Source: Geosiphon pyriformis uo1 (taxonomy: Eukaryota > Fungi > Glomeromycota). From it: a stretch of DNA of 64,000 nucleotides. The translations under genes were made by a program, and so were the position numbers. Under the pieces are notes generated by a model. That model was not told the origin of the DNA and searched no databases. It was given only the letters and a program-made list of their open reading frames with translations. Shown here one piece after another: positions 1-9,760 of the stretch (its first letter is position 1; every line of letters starts with the position of its first letter). The stretch is taken from contig JAAOMT010000529.1 in NCBI GenBank assembly GCA_016748015.1, forward strand, positions 282,194 to 346,193, written 5' to 3'.

Positions 1-1609
1 CAAAAGGTAACAGAGGTGGAAATCTAGATGAGCTCAAAGAAGCAGAAGCCTTGGCATAAGACTGAGAGCCAACAAAGCATGATATAAACACCATGGAAAG
101 CTTGAGAGGAGAAGATGGAAAAACCTTACAGTCTGCAACCAAATGATCTATTTCTTGATACTTGAAACAATGCCGACAACCAGAAGTTTCTCACCAAATA
201 TGGCATTTTCTCAATATACCAGTCTTGACAATAACGGAGTCCAAATCAGCTTGGGAACCAAATGTAACCAGAGCAAACTGGGACTGACAACTGGACTCAG
301 GAGAATGAAGAATAAAACATGTCCGACTACCAACTTAAAAAATCATATTACTGATTTCGAAAGCTGTGCATCCAGAAGAAAAATTGACCAACTTGGCCTT
401 AAACTTATTACAAGACAAAATGATCTCATTTTGATTCACTAAAGGAAGATCTTAACACTATCTTTGCTCACCAAAACTGACCAATGATTTAAAGCAGACA
501 CAACAGAGTTTAACTTTTTAAAATAAACCACTACATACTGCCAAACACCAATAGGCTTCAGCACAACATGAATGATACTATTAAACACATTGAAAGCTGT
601 CTTAATGTCAACAGCAGACACACCCAAGGACACATTACACAGTGCAACAGCAGCAGAAGAAGAACCAGACTCAGAAATTACCAAAGACTTGGCAATTTTG
701 AAGGTGGCCAAATATACAGAGCTTGTAAGCTCAACTAAAAATGCAGCTTCTAAAGACATTTGAAAAGCAAACTCCATACAAAACAGATTTACATTGTCTT
801 TTGATACTGACTTTGCATCCAAAAGACCATATACTGACTGAAAAACAGTCTTAACATGAGCCAACTTGATCTTGAAAGTAGCACCAGACATCAGAGTAGA
901 GGTCACCCACTCAACAAATCTTTGATGACTAGTAATAGTTTCCCAAACACTACCAAAAGTAGCACCAGAAACTAGAGAAGGAGATAATTCAGTTTTTATT
1001 TGATCAGCCCAGTTCTCAAAAACAGGTGACCCAACAGAAGAAGATTGTTTTGCTTTTAAAACCAGCAATGATCTGCACATTTGGCAATACAACCAGTAGT
1101 TGATCTTGGCTCATCTTGGACAATGTGCTGGATAATACTACAGAGATCTCATCTAAGATCTCATTGGGAACCACAAAAGAATTTAGTATAACAATAGCAG
1201 AGGCAAGTGACTGCCCCCACTTTTCTGAACTTTTGGTCTTTTTGACCATTTTCTTTAAAGAGGTAGTGTTAGAAACACCAGATGTTGAATCTATAGAGAA
1301 GAAAACCAGCTTATTTACTGGTCTATTATTAAAAACTTTTGGGCTCTTAGTCAGAGTGGAGACAACACTGAGACTAACCCAAGTGTGTCTCTTTAAGAGA
1401 ACTTTGACTGGTAAAAAACCAGCCAAAAATGAGAAAGTTGCTTCAGTGGCTACCAAAGACAGCTTTTCATGATTATTGAGTAAAGGAAAGGCTTCTAAAA
1501 CATTCTGTCTAGTTGCTTCTACAACAGAGAAAGCTCCTCTAGTTAAAATTTTGTAAGATATCTCAGGACAGATATTAGGTGTAGCTTTTTTACTCTTTGC
1601 TTTGGTCAT
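1..1609 (-). pseudogene. ORF1 (gag-like; putative RRM region plus CCHC knuckle) of a non-LTR retrotransposon (LINE), degenerate, continues off the left edge
   Basis: Track ORFs 1016-1609 and 439-1092 (-) join through a frameshift. Continued translation gives KCHIW*ETSGCRHCFKYQEIDHLVADC (~130-210), a CX2CX4HX4C knuckle with C>Y (TGT>TAT). RRM-like segments LFCMEFAFQ and YVVVYFKKL are also present. Confidence 0.7.
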
Positions 1610-1831
1610 GGTTATAAAATTAAAGAAACAAAGAATTTAGTATTTTTTATAGATAATCTAATTATATAAAATTCTAAAATAAGTATAACATTAATATAAT
1701 ATTATATAAAAATTAAATAACAGTATTTTTTGTTTTAATAATTTATATTTAAAAACATGAATATAATTTAATAAATAATTGTTTTTTTTGTATTTTATAT
1801 TTATTTTATTTAAAAAATAAAATTTAAAAAA

Positions 1832-1833
<2 letters not shown>

Positions 1834-1865
<32 letters not shown>
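1834..1865 (-). repeat. (TAA)n microsatellite, probable 3' tail of the LINE at 1834-14425
   Basis: About ten TTA units, lying just downstream of the LINE ORF2 C-terminus on the minus strand. Confidence 0.6.
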
Positions 1866-2575
1866 TAACAAGTAAGATCCAAATGTCACTTAGCACAATA
1901 TATTAAATTAAATAATCTAAACTAACCACAAAATATGTATTTTCTACACATGATTAGCCATTTAAGTTAGTCAAAATAATACTACAAATCTATTTTAACA
2001 AACATTATATTATCAATATCAGAAAAAAAACTCCAAAGTTTATAAAAACCAAAACTAATATCATATATCTTTACAATTTTAAGCAACTTAATACCATTAT
2101 TAAAAAACAGAAATAATAAACCATGGATCTTAGAAAACACTAAACTATCATGTATAATCAAGTCTTTTTTCTTTATTATTGCCTTATACTTAGCTTTTAC
2201 TATTCAAATTTTAACATAATAAGCTGTTCTTAAGCCCTATACTAAATCAACAATCTTTCTATTGGCAACTTTAACATTATTAAAAATAGATGCAGTCTTT
2301 AAGCATTGTTTCTTAAATACAAAACTTTTATACAAAACAGTATATATAGCATTATTGGAATTACACAAAAAAAGCATTTGCAAAACATAAAACAATGGCA
2401 AATTCAAATCCAATGCAACATTTCATTGAATTGAGCATGATTCAAACAGATTAATATAAACAACAGAACTTATTAAACACACAAAAAAATGTTTAAAAGT
2501 TTCTATTTTTCCATAATAAAAACACAATATACTAGAATATTTTTTATTTTACAAATGCTTACAGATAATAACTGG

Positions 2576-3453
2576 TGTTACTTATAAAAAAAAACAGATA
2601 TATAAAAAAATAGTAGACCAATAAGCGAGTAGTAGTTAGCACGTAAGCACATTGCTCAGTGATGTGGAACAATATCAGAAATCATGGCACATTGCTCAGC
2701 AATATGGAGCAATATCAGAAATCATAGCACATCACTCAACAATATGGAGTGATGTCAAGAAAAGACGGCACATTGCTCAGCAATGTGAGCATTGCTTGAA
2801 AAATTATAGCACATTACTCGAGAATGTAAGCAATCTTATAGAACCCAAATTATGTATATATAGTGGTAGCATTAGAAGTAGAAAAGACAGACCTCTCAGT
2901 TTAGATTTAATCTAAGCAACTTTTCATTAAAAAATATCAAATAAATAATTATTCACCATCTCAATTCACCCTCCACTATCAACACTTCATGTTGATAGTA
3001 ATTGATACTTAATCATACTGGAACAATAGCTCTTGATCATGGCTATTGACAGGATATTAACTTGCAATTGCTTTTGTTTATTTTCTTTATTTTTCTTCTA
3101 TTTCTTTTATTATTTCTTTGGTTTTACTAAATTGATTAAGGATTAAGTGCTGAGATACAGATGTTATAGGAACTGGTAAAAGACCCATGAAACAAGGGTA
3201 GAACACTCATAGATTTGAGAATAGCTTATTAGGAGGATTACTGGCTACCACACTGAGAAAAAAATTCAACAGAATTGCAATTTCAGGAGGCTACTAAAAA
3301 CAACTATTCAATCTCTGTCTATTATACAAAGAACTCCACAACAAAACCTTCAGATCAACACAAAACCTTTAGATATCAACATCAGAGTACCAACCACACA
3401 CCAAGTTATGGATTTGTTATTTGACTTGAGACCTCAAATAATCATCTGTAACA
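2576..3453 (+). repeat. 5' LTR of element A
   Basis: Direct repeat of 11847-12646. Contains a U3 array of ~40-bp units (2648-2835), TATATATA (2855-2862), a hairpin (3024-3048) and a T-rich tract. Confidence 0.95.
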
Positions 3454-3455
3454 TT

Positions 3456-3473
3456 TGGTGCTCCTTGTGAGGT
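3456..3473 (+). promoter_or_regulatory. Primer binding site TGGTGCTCC(C/T)TGTGAGG
   Basis: Starts 2 nt after the LTR end and begins with TGG (complement of tRNA CCA). The same motif is at 22991-23007(-), 52714-52730(-) and 41169-41185(+). The tRNA is unresolved (3' end like elongator Met or Ile-UAU). Confidence 0.85.
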
Positions 3474-3513
3474 ATAATCTTACAGAAAACCAGCACCAAC
3501 AAATAAATCAACA

Positions 3514-6500
3514 GTGGCAGAATCAGAAAGTATAGGAGCAAACCATTTAGGATTTGCCAAATTCTTGTTCCAACAGTACAGCCAACAATTAGGATTGAAC
3601 AGTAATTATTTCCCAGCAGAATCAGCATTTAACTTTTATGTCAATAATAAAATCACAGACTGCTTAGGAGGAACAGTTAACATTGAAGCTGCAAGGGAAA
3701 ATTTCTATACAAAATTATTTCAACACACCAGCTTACCAAGAAATTACAGTTTCATACCAATTATTAAAAAAATCAACCAAACCATTAAAAGATATACATA
3801 ACAACAATTTTCTATTACCTATGCAGACAAAGACAAAAGAAGGTTGTAAACACCAGCAGTAACACCAAAACAAATACAACCACCCACTTAGAAGAAAACC
3901 AGAGTTGAATTACCAACAAACCCATCATACCACTATACACCTGAAAGTGCCATTAACATTACTTCAACAGGCGCGTCCACATCACACGCAACACCAATCT
4001 TTGAACAATTCCCATTTCAGAGTAAACCAAGGAAAAAAGATCTTCTAAAACCATATGGCGCATATTTTGAAGAATTTAAGTCACAATTACCAATGCTATC
4101 AGAACTTTGATCTCTGCCACCCCAACCAAATTTCAGAACCATGAGTTTCTGGGAAGTAACAGATTTGAAAGAAGAAAAAGAATCTAAATATTAAGAATTT
4201 ACTTACCAGAACCCAATCCTAAAAAACCTGAACATTAAAACCCCGAACTTTCAGACTCAGCAAAATTTAAATTTAGAAAATCCAGAAATCAGAACTCCGA
4301 ATTTCCAAATGCAGCACAATCAGAATGATCAAAACCCTAACATCAATAATCAACAACACTTACCTCCAGTAATTGTGATTAATCCAGTTCCACCAATTGA
4401 CGAACAGCAACAGCAGCTACTTCAACCACCTCAACAACCATAGCAGTCACTTCAACAGTTGCAACAACAACTACAACAACCAAACGTTAATCCAATGGCC
4501 TACACTCTGATAGCAAAACTTGAGAAATTCACTGGCAAAGAAAACAATGCCCAAATGTGGCTAAACAATATGGAAAAAGCCATTACAGCCAATGGCTGAA
4601 ATGATGCCAGAGCCATGCAGGCCATTCCTTATTTTCTCCAAAATACCACCAATTCATGGTATTAAAGCTTGGTTAACAAACCCTAAGATTTTGCTGCATT
4701 CAAGCTTGCATTTCTACAATACTTTAGCAACAATAATAGTATTAATTGGCTAGTAAACACTTTCATCACTATCAAACAAGGGGAAAATGAAGCAGTCACT
4801 ACTTACCTAAGATGCTTCCATAGAAATCTGCACCAGATTCAAGCAATCCAGGCTGACTATTTTACAGTGCTACAAATTCTAAACCAATTTATTAGAGGTC
4901 TGTACAATAGTATTCTCTAATGCGTACGTTCAATGTATCTAGCAGACCTTCAAGTTGCAGTTACCAACGCCTGAGATTTTGAAGCAGCTGAACTCAAAGC
5001 TAACCATGCCCAAGCCATTAACCTAGTGATGAATGAATCATCTGAATTGGATTCCATATTAAAACAATTCAGTAATTCCATCAATCAGAAATTGGAAGGA
5101 TACTTAGCTGACAATCATGCAATTTATCAACCACCCCAATAATGCAATAATTTAGGAATCACAAATCGCTTACAAAATTAATCACATTCCTCATCATTAT
5201 CCAATCAGCCATGGCTGCAAGAAACACATATCTGCTACTATTATGGTAAACAAGGACATTTAAAACTCAATTGTCAGTTAAGAATAGATAACCAATAATC
5301 AGGAAATCAATATCAAAAACCTGATTGCAGGTTTCCAACTCCAAGTTATCAATCAAGCTCAGCAACATATCAACCGACTAACCTGCCAATGATGCAACAG
5401 CCAATATATCAACCACCTATATATTAACCTCCAGTTTATTAACCACAGCCACCAATAATATATCAACCACCACAGCCACAAATAATTTATCAGACTCCTG
5501 CAGTTCAAACACCACCATCAAACTCAGTTCAAATAACATCAGGAAACCCTAGATCGAGAGTTATTCAAAACTGGAGATTGGTAATGGTTGTTTACCAACC
5601 AATTTTCAGTTTATTTAACCAGCCATTAGGACCACAACAGCAGAGTTTGGGAACTGGATATACTTAAAACCTGAATTCCCAGAACTATTTAAGTCTTCTG
5701 GTTACCCCAAAAGATGTTCAACCCAATAATCCGGAAACCAACCAAAAACAATCACTTACCAACAACATACCTCCAGCCATCATTACCAACAACGAATTAC
5801 TAACAGCAATCTTCCCATTTGAACTTGAGAAAACCACATCAGTCCCATTATTCAGTGGAGCCGCTTTTGATACCAAACCAATCACTGCCATGTACACTAA
5901 CACGAAAGTTGATGGCCATGCCCTCAAACTGATCCTAGATAGTGGATTAGCTGGCAGCATCATCACAAAACAACTCATGGACCAATTAGGTCACTGAGTT
6001 GATCAAGCTGTCAGTGCACAAATCATCACGGCTGATAGAGCAACAAAAACTCTGATCAGCAAAATTAATGACTTCCCTATAGAAGTCAATGGCATTATTA
6101 TACTGATCAAGGTATTAGTCATGAAAGCCACTCAGTACCAAGCACTTATTGGCAATAACTGGCTGTCCAAAACTCATGCGATGCTCAATTGGAACACCCA
6201 AAAGCTTCAGCTTAGTCAAAACGGTCAATACACACATGTACCAGCCATGTGTGGCCACTTCAAGCCCATCATTATGTCATCAGCACCACTTATCGAGTTT
6301 GAAGAAAAAAAAGAGAAACCTATTTGGAAAGTATACCAAGTCTCCTGGACTAACAAAGACCACAATGAGTTGCTGCTAATACTCTCCTGGGACAACAACA
6401 ACAAAGGAAAACAGAAGAAAGAACTTATCTGGAATAACAACCAAGCCTGGGAAACTGATAATGACCAAGACAAATCAACAAACTGGGAATGGAAAGAAAC

Positions 6501-9500
6501 GGACAAGAGAAAGGGAAAGGAGAAGGAAAAAGAAACCACCCTTATCAGTAGCACTTATAGTTCATATGCTTACACTTCATTACAACCATCCAATTATCAT
6601 CGACCAAAATTAGAATGTGTTGATTGTGGCAAGAAGTTGTTGTTAATGGATGCATGCTGTGGCAATGATAAGGAATACTCCATGGCAACAAAATTCTATT
6701 GCTGCCCATGCATTATAGAATGCTTTGGATGACTGAAACAACAAGGAAAATGGGACAACCAACTATGTCTCACATGTGGAACCATTTTGCCTGATAAAAA
6801 AATGTGGAATGACATTCCTGGATGTGGAAGAACATGCGATGAGATGTGTCAATACATAATTCTAATCAATAACTGGGTATGCAAGAGAACACCAATTGAC
6901 AACGCCTGAAAATGAGCATTGCAATAATTAGAAGAATATCCTCACAATGAAGATAAACTCTGGAGAATGGCAAGTGTGAAAGCAGAAGGTGCAACAACCA
7001 GCAAACTACTGGAAATCAAAAACAACCCTCTATCTTTTTTTGAACCTGAATATGTCCAAACTTTCAACATCTTTGGCAATATTGAAGATAATTCAGAGGA
7101 ATTCCACAAACATTACCAGCAATTAACACCCATCAGAGAAGAGCAGGAACAATGCTTGGAAGAAATAAACATCCAATTATGTGACCACTGTTTAATTCCA
7201 TGTGATTTCTAGTATTGCAATGAGTGTGACCTTATTTACAATTCACTATCACACATAATCTACATGATCCCAGAAGAAAACAAACCAATGAGCAACTACA
7301 TATTGGAATTGGAATCAGTTTTCAATCTTAATTCAAACTCTGACAATAATGACGATAAAAACACTGGTTCTAGCTCTGCTTAAAATGGCAACAAAAATAA
7401 CAACAATTTAGACCCTGATTCAAACTCCAAAATATATATTGCCCTCCCTGATCTTACTAAGGAGCAAGAACTGAAATAGTTCAGTGATAATAATGAAGGT
7501 ATTATGCCTGAATGTGTGCATGATACTAATGCAGGATTTGATCTGAAATATCTGGGAAAAGATTTTATCAAATTGGAACCTCATTTGTGTATTTGCATCG
7601 ATCTGAAAATAGCACTGGAAATTCTAACAACAACAATAGTTCAATTAGCATTCAGGAGTAGTTTAGCAAAAAGGGGAATCAACATCAGAGGAGGAATAAT
7701 TAATGCAGAATACATAAGAAATATCATTGTTATGCTACAAAATAACTCAGAAAAAGTATATACCATAGATCTAAATAAAAAGATAGCACAAGCAATATTC
7801 CTACCTCTGATGAAAGTAGCCCAGCTAGTGTTAGTGGGAAACAGAGAAGAATTAGGGATTACAGCTAGAGGAATATAAAGATTCAGATCAATGGGTAGAA
7901 TAGATATATTAGTTAATATGGCAGAGGAAAATATTGTTAACAAAGGAGAAATTATCTCAAACCATCAAACAATTTCCATTCTACCATATGACCAGTATAT
8001 GTTAGTTATAAAAAGAGAAGTAAAGAATCAAGCTCAGTTGTTTGAAGCAGAAACTACCATTTGAAAATCAGAAGAAATTGGACTCACCAATCTCTACATA
8101 TTAGTCAATAGCCCCAAGAATATCAAAATTCCCATCTACAATACAATAGAACGTGTTATTGAAATACCAAAAAGAACCATCATTGGATATTTAACCACCG
8201 AAGTTGAAGACCAATCACCAAACCATATTCCAAATTTTTCACAGTTTTGTGAATATGTGGACATCACATCACAAACCATCTATGAACAAAGTGAATGTTA
8301 TCTGCTCCAACTAGAACAATTGGAACAGATAAACATGGGAAATCTAGACCCACTCCAACAAATGCAATTAAAAACATTACTCAGCAACTTTAATGACATC
8401 TTTGCCAGTGAAAACGAATTTGGCAGAACCAACATCATATAGCATCAAATCAAAACTGGAGATGTAATACCAATTAAACAAAGAGCATACAGAGTATCAC
8501 TAGCTAGCCATGAGATCATTTGTCAAGAAATTAACTGAATGCTTAACAATGGGCTAATTCAGCCATCAATAAGCCTATGGTCATCACCAGTGGTACTAAT
8601 CCAGAAGAAAAATAGGAAAATTTGCTTTTGTGTAGATTACTGGAAACTGAATAAAGTAACCAAAAGAGATAGCTATCCAATACCCAAAATTCAAAAGCTG
8701 TTCAATGCTTTTGAAGGAAATAAATGGTTCTTGACACTAGATTTAGATAGTGATTACTGGCAAGTAGCCATGGATCCAGCCAACAAAAAGAAAACAGCAT
8801 TTACTACAAGAGAAGGAAATTTTGAATTTGAAGTCATGTTATTTGGATTGATGAATGCACCAGCCACATTCCAATGGCTAATGGAAATTGTATACACTGG
8901 ACTACTATGGAAGTCAGTAGTCATATACTTGGATGATACCAATGTGTTCTCAAAAACATTTGATGATCATTTGCATCATCTTCAACAAGTGTTTGAAAAG
9001 TTAAAAAGAGCCGGACTGAAATTAAATGCAACCAAATGTTTCTTTGGAAAAACTGAACTCAAGTTTTTGGGACATGTGGTGAGCAAAGATAGAATTAAAA
9101 CAGATCCAGACAAAATTGAAATTGTTAAAAACTTTTTAGTACCATATAATCTCACAAAATTGAGAGCATTCTTGGGATTTGCCGGATACTACCACCACTT
9201 TATCAAGGACTTTTCCAAAATAGCTCAACCACTACATCAACTCCAAACAAAGAATGTGAAGTACAAATAGACAGAAACTCAACAAAAAGCTTTTAACATA
9301 TTAAGAAGAAAGCTTATTCAAGCTCCAGTATTGATGTATCCAGATTACAACAAACCATTTATTATTACTACCAATGCATCCAGCCAAGCATTGGGAGCAG
9401 TACTATCACAAAAAAGACTGGATAGAAGAGAGCATTCAGTAGCATACACCAGTAAAAGCCTAAGTCCAGCTGAAAAAAACTATGGAATGCCAACACTAGA

Positions 9501-9729
9501 ACACTTAGCTATCTATTGGGCTGTCATCAAGTGGAGAAAATACTTGAGCCAAAAGTTTGATGTATATACTAATCACAAAAAATTAACATCAATTCAGAAA
9601 CAAAAATTTGCAGACAATTGCCATGTTAGATAGAAGATAAAACTTTCACTTTTTAATTATACAGTACATTATAAAAAAGAAAAAAACAACAGAAATGCTG
9701 ATGGATTGTCACAAATGAGACAAATCTAA
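3514..9729 (+). pseudogene. Single-frame Gag-PR-Cys-rich-dUTPase-RT-RNaseH polyprotein of element A (2072 codons, many nonsense transitions)
   Basis: All track fragments (3514, 6121, 6967, 7504, 8257, 8539, 9331) share one frame. Capsid AKLEKFTGKENNAQMWL (~4510); knuckle CYYYGKQGHLKLNC (~5233); protease LILDSG (5929-5946); RT YLDD (8926-8937); RNase H TNASSQALGAVLSQ...NADGLS; stop TAA at 9727-9729. Confidence 0.9.
7480..7900 (+). other. Trimeric-type dUTPase domain inside pol (element A); homologs in C, D, E and F
   Basis: Five dUTPase motifs: AGFDL (I), RSSLA (II), GGIINAEYIRNI (III, from G-I-D-x-x-Y-x-G), KIAQAIF (IV), RGI*RFRSMG (V, from RGxxGFGSxG; F has *GINGFGSSG at ~46138-46167). Confidence 0.9.
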
Positions 9730-9760
9730 AAAAAATTTCAACCCAAAAATATAACAAAAA

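Noticed and set aside
2648-2835. Palindromic ~40-bp repeats resembling a CRISPR array
   Set aside because: No unique spacers and no cas genes. The units are tandem, lie in LTR U3 and recur in each LTR of that subtype.
3024-3125. Hairpin plus T-tract as a bacterial rho-independent terminator
   Set aside because: Eukaryotic LTR context, an AU-rich stem, and the T-tract is separated from the stem.
3161-3513. Apparent ORF in family-1 U5 running through the PBS into gag
   Set aside because: Related LTRs (e.g. 53552-53849) differ by 1-nt indels and the LTR-to-gag distance varies (60/62 nt), so no frame is conserved.
5718-6554. Antisense and alternate-frame track ORFs over gag/pol (e.g. 5718-5978, 6225-6554, and similarly 39422-39841)
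   Set aside because: Shadow ORFs of biased coding sequence with no independent motifs.
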